From contig JBDOQK010000016.1 of the NCBI GenBank assembly GCA_040437565.1, forward strand, positions 372,001-436,000: 64,000 nt of DNA, in the 5' to 3' direction. The stretch comes from Albugo candida (lineage: Eukaryota). Shown here piece by piece: positions 33,988-46,838 of this stretch. The first letter of the stretch is position 1; every line of letters begins with the position of its first letter. The notes beneath the pieces were generated by a model. The model was not told the DNA's origin and ran no database searches. It was given only the letters and a program-made list of their open reading frames with translations. The position numbers and the translations under genes were made by a program.

Positions 33988-35466
33988 ATGAATCTCCGCC
34001 GCGTTCGATCCTTTATCAATGGAGAATACGTCGACACAAGTCTTTCAAAACTAAGCCCCGTCAGACTCCTAAATCCTGCTACAGCCATTCCTGTGACAGA
34101 GTACACCCCTGCCGATAGCACAACCGTGCAAAACGCCATTCAAAGCGCCAAAAAAGCGCAAGCGGAATGGAAAAGTAAGGCCCCAGCGGAGCGCGGCCTT
34201 ATTCTTCGCAAAGCAGCAGAATTGCTCACTGAGCGGAATGACGAACTCGCTCTATTGGAAACCATTGACACTGGCCGCCCAATTGCTGAAACCAGTATTG
34301 AAGACATACAAAGCGCCAGCGATTGTCTTCATTATTACGGGGGAATCTGTCCTTCGATTGGCGGCCAGATGGTCCAAGTTCCCAATCAGAGTTGGGGATA
34401 CACGCGTCGAGAACCGCTTGGGCTTACCGTCGGTATAGGAGCATGGAACTATCCGTTGCAGAGTGCAGTATGGAAGTCGGCTCCAGCGTTAGCCTTTGGC
34501 AATTCGATGGTATTCAAACCTTCCGAAGAAACTCCATTAACAGCATTAGAGCTCGCTAGGATTTACATCGCCGCCGGTGTACCCAACGGAGTTTTCAATG
34601 TTGTTCTCGGCGATGGCCAAGTTGGTGAGATGCTCGCTTCCGATCCCAATGTGGCCAAAGTATCGTTCACCGGATCCATGCAAACAGGAACCAAAGTGTA
34701 TCAAACAGCGGCAAAGAGCTTAAAAAAGGTCACAATGGAATTGGGTGGGAAATCTCCGTTATTAATATTCGCGGATGCTGATTTGGAAGAAGCCGTATCA
34801 GTTGCTATGATGGCCAATTGGTACTCGAGCGGTCAAGTTTGTTCCCATGGAACTCGCGTGTTTGTGCATGAATCCATACTCCAGTCGTTTGTATCTCGAC
34901 TACATGAGCGAACTCTCAAACTTCGCATTGGGAATCCGCTTGATCCACTCACAGACATTGGACCGATGATCCATAAAGCTCATATGGAAAAAGTGCTCGG
35001 GTACGTGGCTCAAGGGCTGAAGGAAGGGGCCACGCTACTTTCTCACGGAGGAGTTCGTTTCACTCCATCAAATGAATTCGAAAATGGTTTCTTCCTCACG
35101 CCGGCAATTTTCGTCGATTGTAAAGACGAAATGACAATTGTGAAAGACGAGATCTTTGGGATGGTGATGACGATATTGCCATTTAAAGAGGAAGAGGAAG
35201 TTGTCTCACGAGCGAATAATACTCCATACGGTCTCTCTGCTGGCATTTTCACAAACGATATAAAACGAGCGCATCGAGTGGCAGCTAATATAGAAGCCGG
35301 GACAATTTGGATCAATAATTATAACTTGACGCCCGTCGAGTTGCCTTGGGGCGGGTATAAGAAATCCGGTTTGGGTCGTGAAAACGGACTTGACGGAGTG
35401 CATTCTTGGACGCAAGTCAAGTCGGTGTATGTCGAAATGAACAAAGTCGATTGCCCGTACCAATGA
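33988..35466 (+). CDS. betB: Betaine aldehyde dehydrogenase (BetB/ALDH9-like), intronless
   Basis: GIGAWNYPLQ, FKPSEETP, FTGS, MELGGKSP, ANWYSSGQVCSHGTRVFV, EIFG, GGYKKSGLGRE. Confidence 0.9.
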   Translation: MNLRRVRSFINGEYVDTSLSKLSPVRLLNPATAIPVTEYTPADSTTVQNAIQSAKKAQAEWKSKAPAERGLILRKAAELLTERNDELALLETIDTGRPIAETSIEDIQSASDCLHYYGGICPSIGGQMVQVPNQSWGYTRREPLGLTVGIGAWNYPLQSAVWKSAPALAFGNSMVFKPSEETPLTALELARIYIAAGVPNGVFNVVLGDGQVGEMLASDPNVAKVSFTGSMQTGTKVYQTAAKSLKKVTMELGGKSPLLIFADADLEEAVSVAMMANWYSSGQVCSHGTRVFVHESILQSFVSRLHERTLKLRIGNPLDPLTDIGPMIHKAHMEKVLGYVAQGLKEGATLLSHGGVRFTPSNEFENGFFLTPAIFVDCKDEMTIVKDEIFGMVMTILPFKEEEEVVSRANNTPYGLSAGIFTNDIKRAHRVAANIEAGTIWINNYNLTPVELPWGGYKKSGLGRENGLDGVHSWTQVKSVYVEMNKVDCPYQ

Positions 35467-35483
35467 GAATGTCAGCCAAGCGC

Positions 35484-37085
35484 TTATTTTCCTGCAGCCA
35501 CTAATTTCTTGTTTTGAATGCGATACACGTGATTCTGGAAACAGGCTGTAATCTCATCTTTTCGATGTGTGATCATGATCAGATGAACAACGGTCTCCTT
35601 TGGAACGATTCGACTCATTCTGTCAATGATACGGAGAACGTGCTTCTGATTAAAATCGTCTAAACCGTGTGTGATCTCATCGAGAATTAGAATTTGAGGA
35701 GCAGCTGCCAAAGCTTGTGCTATCATCACCAATTTCTGTTCCCCATGAGATAAGGTTTGGAATTGACGACCGAGAATCACTTGTGAGATTCCCAGCAGAT
35801 CAGCTGCGATATTTGCGTGTTCTTGTGATATAGCGTCACCGAGAATCAGATCCTTGGATGACTGGTTGCTTTCTGTACGAAGCGCTTTCTCCAATAACGC
35901 AATGTGCATATCAGTTGATATCGCACGGATCTTCTTGTCTTCCCCCGTCGGAATACTGACACAAAGCTTTCCATCGTGGATTTTCTGCCGTAGCGAATCG
36001 GAGAGCATCAGTCGGGTCAATGAGCTTTTTCCGGATCCATTTGGTCCTAACAGCACCCAGTGTTCTCGGGGACGTCGCTGAAACGTGACATTCTTTAGCA
36101 AGAAATCCTTGTTTCGATACGCAAACGACACGTTCTCCAATGTGATGATGGGCTCATTACTAGCGAGAACGCTTTGTTCCTTGTACAGGAAAGCCAACGC
36201 TCTCTGAATTTCGTCCTCAGAACGTTGGAAAAAATGCCTTAAAGCCACATTTTCTTTCCACATAAATGCTTTCACCCAATCCAAAAGAGCCTTTTTGCCG
36301 GCTGGAGTCCGATCGCTTGGGATCACTTGCAAATATGGATGGTTTTCACCATTGATTCGACCGGACTGCTGCTTCCCAATCACGATTGCGTGCGTGATAA
36401 TGTCGATAGGAATGTACTCGAGACAGCTCACAATCACAACGATCTGAGTTTTGTAAGCAAAAGCTTTATTTTTCCCACCCGTGTCGACCAAAAGTTTGGA
36501 GAATCCCCGAGTGAGCTGCGTCATCATCCATTCCACTTGCTTCTTTCCATTCTCATCCAATCCGTCAAAAGGCTGATCCAGAAATATGACATCCGGACGT
36601 GGCACTTGAATTAAAAGTCTCGCCAGCATCAGCTTTCTTATCTCTCCAGTGGATAAATGCTTCACTTTCGCACTCCATAATCCATACAGTCCAAAACGAA
36701 CGATCAAATCTTTTGCATCCGGGGAGGAAACACCGCCGAGCACATTCGATACAAACTCTTGGCGATATCTCTTCACAAATAATAGCTGCTCTGTAATATT
36801 GTGCATTCCAACGCATACTTTCTTCGCTTGCTTGAATCTCTCCATTCTGCTTCCAGAGACCGTATCGTCCACAATACGCGTAATTAGTTGTGTTTTCCCG
36901 CACCCATTCAGTCCAATAAAGCAGTGCGTGTCGGCTGCATACAACGCGTATGGCGGAGATGATAGTTCCACGCGCGCGATTGGGACTTTTTCGGCATGTA
37001 CGTTCTTGTTGGAGCGCTGGAAATAGCGAAATCTAATCCGTTTAGCGTGTGAGTGGAACTTTAGCACTGGAAATTGAGATAACAT
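35484..37085 (-). CDS. Soluble twin-NBD ABC ATPase, ModF-like
   Basis: NBD1: GLNGCGKT, LSTGE, LDQPFDGLD. NBD2: GPNGSGKS, LSHGEQK, ILDE, ITH. No TM segments; basic presequence-like N-terminus. Confidence 0.8.
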   Translation of the reverse strand: MLSQFPVLKFHSHAKRIRFRYFQRSNKNVHAEKVPIARVELSSPPYALYAADTHCFIGLNGCGKTQLITRIVDDTVSGSRMERFKQAKKVCVGMHNITEQLLFVKRYRQEFVSNVLGGVSSPDAKDLIVRFGLYGLWSAKVKHLSTGEIRKLMLARLLIQVPRPDVIFLDQPFDGLDENGKKQVEWMMTQLTRGFSKLLVDTGGKNKAFAYKTQIVVIVSCLEYIPIDIITHAIVIGKQQSGRINGENHPYLQVIPSDRTPAGKKALLDWVKAFMWKENVALRHFFQRSEDEIQRALAFLYKEQSVLASNEPIITLENVSFAYRNKDFLLKNVTFQRRPREHWVLLGPNGSGKSSLTRLMLSDSLRQKIHDGKLCVSIPTGEDKKIRAISTDMHIALLEKALRTESNQSSKDLILGDAISQEHANIAADLLGISQVILGRQFQTLSHGEQKLVMIAQALAAAPQILILDEITHGLDDFNQKHVLRIIDRMSRIVPKETVVHLIMITHRKDEITACFQNHVYRIQNKKLVAAGK

Positions 37086-37195
37086 TTACGCTTCGATTTC
37101 GCTTACCGTGAGAATGTGATTGGATATAATATAGCCTTCATTAAATGTGATTGACTATAATAACGCTTCTATGATTCCGATTGGCTTTAAATAGC

Positions 37196-39855
37196 TCAGC
37201 GTCGGAATCGTTTTGGAGGCGATGTCGGAGCGTCGTGTGGCGCGCGTTTGGATCGATTCGAACGTATTTCATTGTCATTTGGACGTCTTCTCGTACTTTT
37301 ATGATCAGAGTGCGTCGACATATTACGACTGTGATACATTTTCGTCTTTTTTTCGGCCGGAAAATCTTCTTCGGTCGCTCTTCGCAATAAGACACGCCAT
37401 TTCGTATCGCTTTGATGATTCGACATGGCGATGCCAAATCGCCATTTTGAGCGCACAAAGCCATTGACGTCCGATTCACTGTCTTTGGGTCGCTCTGTGA
37501 CGTCTGTCATCTCGACATCTTGTGCCTCAGTATCACGTGAATCGCTATTTTGCTGAGAAGCGGATAATTGGTCTTCTGTTATCTCGCGACCGAGCGCAAT
37601 AAGCGCGCGTTTGGCTGTAAAAGTATCTTGAAACACGACTGTGCAGGAGCTGTCATTGATCCATTCCACATATGAGGGACCGTAGCCTGTGAAATAGCTC
37701 AACACATCTTTGGATCGTACTTGTTGAAATCGCTCATCAAGTGAATACACATGAATACCATCGTCACGGAATAATTTCTCTTTCAAGACTTTCTCACTGA
37801 TGTCACGACGTTCGGACGCTACCTTTTGAGAGGCGGCATGCAGACTCTTAGTTTCTTTGTCATTTTCCAAATGTGTGAGACCAAACTTTTCCGCACGAGC
37901 CGCCAGCCGTTCTTTCTGATCGGTTTCTTCTTGCCATTCTTCTTGTGTCATTCCTTTGGAGATCGCACGAACGGAATCTGTGGAGAATTCTACTGCAAAT
38001 GCCGGTGTTCCAAATCGTTTCATTCGTTCTGTACGTTTGTTGAGCTCGTCTTGGCTACAAAGGTCGAATCCTGTGGCAAAGCCCGAGTCTATGGCAACTG
38101 CTCCACTTCGTTGCCACTTGCGAATGTCTTTGGGATCCAAAAAATCCTTCAGATTCGGAGCTTTGTATGTGGCTCCAAAACGCTCTGCACGCTTCCGTGC
38201 GACTTCCACAGCCTCCTCATAAGCTTTNNNNNNNNNNNNNNNNNNNNNNNNNNNNNNNNNNNNNNNNNNNNNNNNNNNNNNNNNNNNNNNNNNNNNNNNN
38301 NNNNNNNNNNNNNNNNNNNNNNNNNNNATCGCCATTTTGAGCGCACAAAGCCATTGACGTCCGATTCACTGTCTTTGGGTCGCTCTGTGACGTCTGTCAT
38401 CTCGACATCTTGTGCCTCAGTATCACGTGAATCGCTATTTTGCTGAGAAGCGGATAATTGGTCTTCTGTTATCTCGCGACCGAGCGCAATAAGCGCGCGT
38501 TTGGCTGTAAAAGTATCTTGAAACACGACTGTGCAGGAGCTGTCATTGATCCATTCCACATATGAGGGACCGTAGCCTGTGAAATAGCTCAACACATCTT
38601 TGGATCGTACTTGTTGAAATCGCTCATCAAGTGAATACACATGAATACCATCGTCACGGAATAATTTCTCTTTCAAGACTTTCTCACTGATGTCACGACG
38701 TTCGGACGCTACCTTTTGAGAGGCGGCATGCAGACTCTTAGTTTCTTTGTCATTTTCCAAATGTGTGAGACCAAACTTTTCCGCACGAGCCGCCAGCCGT
38801 TCTTTCTGATCGGTTTCTTCTTGCCATTCTTCTTGTGTCATTCCTTTGGAGATCGCACGAACGGAATCTGTGGAGAATTCTACTGCAAATGCCGGTGTTC
38901 CAAATCGTTTCATTCGTTCTGTACGTTTGTTGAGCTCGTCTTGGCTACAAAGGTCGAATCCTGTGGCAAAGCCCGAGTCTATGGCAACTGCTCCACTTCG
39001 TTGCCACTTGCGAATGTCTTTGGGATCCAAAAAATCCTTCAGATTCGGAGCTTTGTATGTGGCTCCAAAACGCTCTGCACGCTTCCGTGCGACTTCCACA
39101 GCCTCCTCATAAGCTTTCTTCTGTGATTCTGTCAGCAAGTCTTCCTCACCAAGCGGATCAGATCGAATAATTGTACGTATTTCCATGCTATCGATCTCAA
39201 TGCTGGTATCATACGCGTCACAGAGCTCGACAATTCGACACGACGCTGGTACATCCCAAGTTGCAAATGAAATGTACGCAAGCGGGGCATCCAAAGTGTC
39301 ATCAACAAACGCTTTTGCGATAGGATCGACTCCAAATTTTTTCCCAATTCCAAGTATAAATGTGTTCCTCATCCAAACGATCCAATACGGAACAAACACA
39401 GTTTCCGAGCATGTTCGACCGGTGAATCGATTCGAGAGCTCTTCTTCTTTGACTTTTGCCTTTCGCGTTTGATTCGTCGTATTCCTTCGCCAGACGACTT
39501 CTGTATTCCCACTAGAGCCAATTCCGACTTCGAACAGCCATTCTATCGACCTCTTCTTTTCTTTCCCAAATGATTTCTGGTCTTTTTCATTCATTATTGA
39601 AGCATTGTTTACGTCGATTTCATTCTGTACAGTCGATGACGGAAGCGGACTTGATTGGGAAGCCATATCAGCCGCAAAACCAATGCGTAAATCCCCTCGG
39701 CATTTTGCTTCAAACTTGCAGAATATCCCTTTTTCCGCTTTATCGGATCTCCCTGACGCGTCTGAATCCTTATGGTACTCGTGTATGTTCATCCACTGCT
39801 CGTAGCGACCGCGCGTTGCGCGGACGTGCATTTCATTCCCATTAGCTTTCGTCAT
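37196..39855 (-). CDS. NCBP3: NCBP3 (DUF2414) RRM-like protein with N-terminal FAMeT-like beta domain; internal 790 bp duplication is artefactual
   Basis: RAEKFG; IHVYSLD...DVLSYF..YGPSYVEWINDSSCTVVF. N-terminal FEVGIGSSGNTEVVWRR...YWIVW...YISFATW. Confidence 0.75.
37438..39117. repeat. Assembly-overlap duplication (37438-38227 = 38328-39117)
   Basis: Identical sequence either side of a 100-N gap. Confidence 0.95.
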
Positions 39856-40084
39856 GGACACGCGGATATTCTCGTAATTTCCTATTTTATCACAATGGAA
39901 TCTGTNNNNNNNNNNNNNNNNNNNNNNNNNNNNNNNNNNNNNNNNNNNNNNNNNNNNNNNNNNNNNNNNNNNNNNNNNNNNNNNNNNNNNNNNNNNNNNN
40001 NNNNNCTCGTAATTTCCTATTTTATCACAATGGAATCTGTAATATATTCTGCTACTTATAATCAGTGCGTCTCAGACTCAGACC

Positions 40085-43000
40085 TCAATCTGAGTCGATA
40101 TTGATTAATGAGAAATCGCTGTCTTCTTTTCCCTTGCGGTCTTGCGTCGCTGTGGCTTCATTCTCGCTCAGATCCGACAGTATGGACTGATAACTTATTT
40201 GGTTTCGATTTCTGGTCCCTCGTCGCACAGCAGCCGCCGAATTGTCGTCTTGTGACTCGTCTTCCGAGCTTACGATTTGTCTCTGGCGCTTGACGGGTTT
40301 ATTGGCTTCATAAAGCAATCAGAACTGCTTCCTAAATCGGGCAAAGAGAGAGCGTACCTGGTTTCAAAGTTTTCTTCCCCTTTGGCTGGGATTCTGTATC
40401 TTGACCTTGCTTTTTCCTCTTTGCTATGACAAAACTAATTTTAAGGACAATGAGGAAGCAGTAGTAATGACGTACGTTGTTGTGAGATTTTGTTCGATTT
40501 ACGCTTTGCTGGAGGTTTCCGTTTCTCTGCTACAGCCGATTCCAAAAGGAACACATCGTCTTCGTCTGATGGAATTTGCTTTCCGTCGACGACATTCGCT
40601 TCATTTTCATCGCTGTTATCAGTCACTTGAGCCATTGAGCTCTTCTTCGATTCTGTTTGCTTCACAGTCGGTTGATTGGCTGCACGAAGAGCGATTCGTT
40701 CTGCAAGAGAGATGCTTTCCAATTGATCCGACTTGTCAAGCGCCGATGTGCTGATACATGGAAGCTTGATTTCCTTCAAGTTTGTGGATCCTTTCTTCAC
40801 AATTGATTCCTTTGCCGTAGAACTTTTGCGTTTGACTATGCGCTTTACATTTTCTTCTCCGTAATCTGGATCGTCCTCTGTCACAGCTTTCTTCCTAGAC
40901 TTGGGTTTCCTCTGACGTTTCTGGTTACCAACGGTTGCAATAGACTGAGACTTGATTTTCTGACGTATTTCTTCGGTCTGATGCAAAAGCTGTTCAAGCT
41001 GCTCAAGATCTGTAAGCCATAATTCTTCAATACTTTTCGCTGCAAGACTTTTGTATTCAACCTCGCGCTCCTTCAGCTCTGCACGAAGCTTTTCAACTCG
41101 TTCCTTTGTCAAGCTCCAAATCGCCATACTCAGCAAATAATTGTATCCTTTTGCCAGCTCTGCAGTCCCGTCCTCATCATCGCTTTCCTCGCTATCTTTC
41201 TCCTGCTCCTCATTTGTTGTCTTGACTTTGGAGCTCTTGGGATGGATTGTGTCGTATCCCGAGTCAGCCAACTCCTGTAAAAGCTCGACTTTCTTGCGAT
41301 TGCTAACAATAAGATCTCCACTGATTACTGCTAATATAAATTTGACTTTGTTTGCGAGCATTTGGATCTGATCCGTCAATTTGTTTAGCATTGCAGCTTT
41401 CCGTTTTCCATAGTATGCCAATCGAATACCATAGAACGCGTTGATGATAGCATGCGGGGAATCGTACTTTTGAATTCGGCCGTCCGCGTCAAAAAGATGC
41501 ATATTCGAAGCACTGATTGAGGTTTCCAGCTTGAATTTCTTCACAATTCCACCAGGACTTTGTACGATTTCTTGCAGCTTTTCCGGTGTCATTGAAATTG
41601 TGAACAGTACTTTCGAATCAGTGTGATTCTCCTTGAAATCTTTGATTGTTTCATTTTCTAGCAGCGTTTCCAGAAACTGTTTATACGTCTGAGTCCATAC
41701 TTTGACAGGAAGTTCTGTGATGACCAATGTGCTGTCCCCCGTGACGTGATAGATACCGCGGACGATGAATGCTTGGCTGTCTCCATCACGTGCATTCGAA
41801 CGTTCCTCAATACTTCCCGTGAATCCACGGTACCACGGGACTAATGGGCGTGTTGCTTCCTCCCCTTTGATTCTCGCACGTAGATTCTCGATGAGATCCA
41901 GAGGATTATAATTTGGAATAGAACTCGACCAGCCTGTTCCGATTCCCTCACTTCCATTCACCAGCACCATCGGAATCACCGGTACATACCATTCTGGTTC
42001 GATAAGTTGCCCGTCTTCATCAAGGAAATTCAGTAAGGAATCATCATTTGGATCGAAGATCTTGTACGCAATCGACTCCAATTTGGTGAAAATGTAACGA
42101 GGGCTAGCAGCATCTTTCCCACCAAGTATCCGAGTACCGAATTGTCCATTTGGAGACAATAGATTCGTATTATTACTCCCGGTAAAGTCTTGAGCCATAT
42201 TAATGATCGTTCCATGCAGACTTGCTTCTCCATGGTGATAAGACGAATGCTCTGATACATAACCGGCGAGTTGTGCCACTTTGATTTCCACCTATAATTC
42301 CAAGTGCTCAGTAAAGCATAGATGTCGTGCGATCAATCCTATTCACCTTGAGGTTGCGTTTAAAACAGCAATAGAGGACTTTGCGTTGTGATGGTTTGAA
42401 TCCGTCCACCAGACAAGGAATCGATCGCATGTTGTCGGCCCTCGAGAATAGGATGAGTTCTTTGTTGACGAATCTACAACAAGAACCTTCCGGTAAATCG
42501 TCAAAATACCATCACGGTAGACGTACTCTGAGTAGGGCATGTCATCAACGTTATAATCCACATGAGTGCCGGGTGTGTATCCACGCAACCAATCCTTTCG
42601 CTCTTCGACCCGCTTTTTGGAAAATGCCATGTCAATGGAGTCGCCATCTTCTTCACCTTTATAGCTGAAATCAATTTGGTGCGTCGGTAAATCGGAAAAA
42701 TATTCTTTCGCTTCCTCTGTTGTGCTTGTCCCGAGACCTTTGTAATACTTGATCCTCCATCCTTGACCGTTATTGGTGACCAGCCTCCATGCTTCATACT
42801 CTGGCATTGTGTAAAACACCTTCTTCATTCTTCCTTTTGCGCATTTGACAATTGGAGTGATAAATTCGTGCATAAAACCTTCGATTTGAAGTAATGATGG
42901 CCAGAAATGATGGATGAAATTGATCACAAGACCTTTAATGTGACTTCCATCGTGATCTTGATCAGCCATAATCATCAAATGCCCATAGCGTAGCGATTTT

Positions 43001-44808
43001 GTTGACTGGTAAACTTGACCGTATTTGAGCCCAAGAATCTTTACGATATTTTGTATCTCTTCATTTTTAAGAATTTGAGAATGGCTTGCCTCACGAACGT
43101 TCAGGAGCTTTCCTTTCAGCGGGAACACACCGTAGTAATCTCTTCCTACTACTGAAAGTCCCCCAATCGTCAGACTTTTTGCGGAGTCTCCTTCTGTTAG
43201 AATCAAAGTACAATTCTTTCCCTCGGCTGTTCCAGCGTAATTCGCATCATCCAATTTCGTAATCCCGGTCAATTTCGACCGATTGCCGCCTTTCCCGCCT
43301 TTTCTTTGAAGTTCCGCAGTTTGTTTGAACTTTGCAAACGATAAAACACGCTCTACGATACCACTTTTTTCAATTTGCTTCAGAAACTTGTCGCTCAGGG
43401 TATGTGCGGACCCGAAGCTTGCAGGACGCGTTGTAAGGGTTTCTTTGGCCTGTAGCACGTCAATGACGTTGTCAGTACAATGAAATAGACGGATCAAACA
43501 CTCACTTGAGAATCAAACGACGGATTATCGATCAGAGCGCTGACATAAATTGTCATCATATTCTTGATATAATTTGGCTTGACGGGTTCTCCCTTGTTCC
43601 GTTTCTTGACTGTTGCCACGAGCTTGTTTACAACTTGATCGGCAACATACGTTACGTGCTGCCCTCCTCTGGTTGTGCATATTCCATTCACAAAACTTAT
43701 TTGCTGGAAGCCATCGTCACTTGGTCCGAATCCAACTTGCCATCTTTCCGTCGGTTTGTCGAATATCACGTCCTCTTTCGCACTATCACTCGTATACAGG
43801 CTAATGTAATCAGGAAATGACTTGCAGGTTATCTTCTCTTCATTCAAGTATACTTGTAACGATTTGTCTGTGATTCCTGCAATGTCGAACACTCTTTTTT
43901 TGAACAAAGAGACAATATCATCATCGAGTCGATCCAATTTGAAGCGTTTGAGGTCTGGACGGAATGTGATGCAGGTGAAATCTTGCTTGTTATAGTTTGT
44001 AATCGATGGTGCTTCTTTCTGACTCATATTATCTGAGAAGACTTGTTTATAACGCTTCCTGACGTTCTTGTCTGCAGTCTCGACGACAAATCGAGTTGAG
44101 AAAATGTTTGCGAGCTTAGCTCCATATCCATTTCTTCCTCCGGTGGTCTTTTTCTTCTTGTCGTCAAAATTGCTTCCCGTCAACAAATGACCAAAAATCA
44201 GCTCTGGAACGTAGACATGATGTTCCTTGTGCTGGACCACAGGAATACCTTTTCCATTGTTCCATACCGATACTTCTCCAACTACAGGATCGATTGTGAC
44301 TCGGACTGTATTCATTGATGGATCGCGTTGCTTGTTATCGCACGCATTCACAATGATTTCATCGAAAATCTTGTACAAGCCAGGCACATATGTAATTTTT
44401 TTGTATTGCATTTTTGAGGACTCTTCATCATAAATCCACATGTTTTGTGTCACTGGGTCAATAGATCCGACTATGGATTGGTATAGGTGAGTCGGAGAGA
44501 TCAAGGAGAAAATCAGAGGTGCAAAACGCACCGTATGTATCTGGCCGTAAGAGTATGTGTTGCAACTGAGTTTTCTTCTGATAGATTTGCTCGATAGTTT
44601 GTTTCTTGGATGAGGTTTTTCTTTCTGGATACTCTGAGCCGTCGTCATCATCCGATTCTGCGGATGATTCTTGAGAAGAATCTTTGTTGTTGTTTGTGAT
44701 TTGCTTTAACGGTTTTCGGGCGCGTGGTTTCGACTTTTTCATCTCTTTTGATGCCTTCGCTTTGACTTTCGTTCGTGCTAGTGAGAACTCTTCATCGTCA
44801 GAGCTCAT
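40085..44808 (-). CDS. TOP2: DNA topoisomerase II, multi-exon
   Basis: HILLRPDTY, FDEIIVNA, GGRNGYGAKL, LILTEGDSA, PLKGK, MADQDHDG, YYKGLG, YHHGE, AASPRYIF (catalytic Tyr). Confidence 0.97.
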
Positions 44809-46136
44809 TCCGCTTCGTAGTAAACGTCCAAATGATTCAAGTTTCTTTTTATTCCGCGCCAAAAACTGACTTGTTAAAAGTTCAATTGAATTGTGGTGCC
44901 TATGATTTGAATTTGAATTTGAATTGATATCGATGCAGACCTGCTTTATGNNNNNNNNNNNNNNNNNNNNNNNNNNNNNNNNNNNNNNNNNNNNNNNNNN
45001 NNNNNNNNNNNNNNNNNNNNNNNNNNNNNNNNNNNNNNNNNNNNNNNNNNTGAATTGATATCGATGCAGACCTGCTTTATGTTACGCACCAAAGTTCAGG
45101 ATTAATCAGTATTACATATAAAACCTCATTGATCCATGAAAGATAAGGTAGAAAGTCAAATGTTATCCTTGTCAAAGTAGTGGCTTAGCTGCTCCAACTA
45201 TCTCTTTAACGCTGTGCTTGCAAGATCATTACTTACTCGGTTAAAAATCGCTCTACTTGATCTGTTTTCATAGAAAGACAAACGCTTTACTGACCTCTCA
45301 ATTGTGATACACAAACGGAACTTCAAAAAAAGCGTCAATGTGCATAGTTTCGGTACCGCCATTACCGTTTGGCAAAGCTCGCTGAACACAATTATAGGAA
45401 ACATAAATAATTTTGTTTTCCCATTTGTAGAGCATATGCATGGCTGTGTAGCATCGTATCCGGGTGAGAGCGATGCTATAACTGTGTTGAGCTCATTGTG
45501 CCCGCTGTGAAGTCGTCGCAGCCAAAGAATTGCATCGAATGTGGAGTTGAGAAGACAGAATGCTGCTGTAAACCAACAACGCGACTACATACTCTGCCCG
45601 TAGTCTCCGTTATTTTATCAATGATTTTTCTGAGAAATACGAAGGCATGTAGACATCAATCCTGAGCATTCTGACAACTCTTCAAACAGTGCTCATCGCT
45701 GCGAATTTATTGACATCGTGATCGCGCAAGCAAATACTTTCCATCAATTGTATTGGATTCCTGTAGGGGAGACTTCAATTTCATTTAGCTCAATTCAGAA
45801 AATAATTTGCATTTAAGACACGATTCAACTTCAACTTCAACTTGAAGACATCAAACATTCCCTCTTAAAAATGCAAACTTTACCTTCCAGCGCTCCAAAC
45901 GCAATGATTAGCACATGCTACACCCGGCAAATAATTACATCGACGCCAAAAGCTAATAGTCACATCACCGCTGCATTATTCGATGCCGCAACAGCTGCGC
46001 GGTGTAAAAAGTGTGATCAGAGGAAGTGAATATGACAAATACTAACGAAAAATCCAAAGTCCTACTTCCATTACAAATGCTGCTAAAGCGGAACCATAAA
46101 AAAGCAATATCAAAAATGCAGGAAATCCTGCGTATA

Positions 46137-46838
46137 TCAACTATGCAACATGTCTCAAGTGATCTGCTCGTTTCCTATCAATTGGTGACTCTATCGCTTC
46201 ATATGGAGCATTTCCTGCTGGAGTGTAACGTGATGAAAGCTGCCGCCGGGAACGAAGAATCGATTGTGTGCGGGAGGCTCTCGAACAAGATGAATGTATA
46301 CGTCCATCAAACTCTCCTTGATCGGAAGATTTCGCAGCCAGTTGTTTACGTGCCGCTTTTTCCGATTTGAGCTCAATTGCGCCAGTTTTGGAGCTCGCAC
46401 AGAATGAGAACAAGATACCACTTGCAATGCAACACAANNNNNNNNNNNNNNNNNNNNNNNNNNNNNNNNNNNNNNNNNNNNNNNNNNNNNNNNNNNNNNN
46501 NNNNNNNNNNNNNNNNNNNNNNNNNNNNNNNNNNNNNTCAACTATGCAACATGTCTCAAGTGATCTGCTCGTTTCCTATCAATTGGTGACTCTATCGCTT
46601 CATATGGAGCATTTCCTGCTGGAGTGTAACGTGATGAAAGCTGCCGCCGGGAACGAAGAATCGATTGTGTGCGGGAGGCTCTCGAACAAGATGAATGTAT
46701 ACGTCCATCAAACTCTCCTTGATCGGAAGATTTCGCAGCCAGTTGTTTACGTGCCGCTTTTTCCGATTTGAGCTCAATTGCGCCAGTTTTGGAGCTCGCA
46801 CAGAATGAGAACAAGATACCACTTGCAATGCAACACAA
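46137..46838. repeat. Assembly-overlap duplication (46137-46437 = 46538-46838)
   Basis: Identical flanks around the N-gap; duplicates the 3' end of the glucan synthase gene. Confidence 0.95.

Noticed and set aside
37196-39117. Apparent tandem NCBP3 genes or domains
   Set aside because: Identical 790 bp on either side of an N-gap; collapses to one gene.
39871-45081. Short direct repeats (39871-39905/40006-40040; 44920-44950/45051-45081; also 62840-62875/62976-63011) resembling TSDs or CRISPR repeats
   Set aside because: Each pair exactly flanks a 100-N gap, so they are k-mer-sized contig overlaps.
45100-46130. 1 kb between Top2 and glucan synthase with Cys-rich short frames and (ttcaac)3
   Set aside because: No coherent ORF or splice model; the repeats are trivial.
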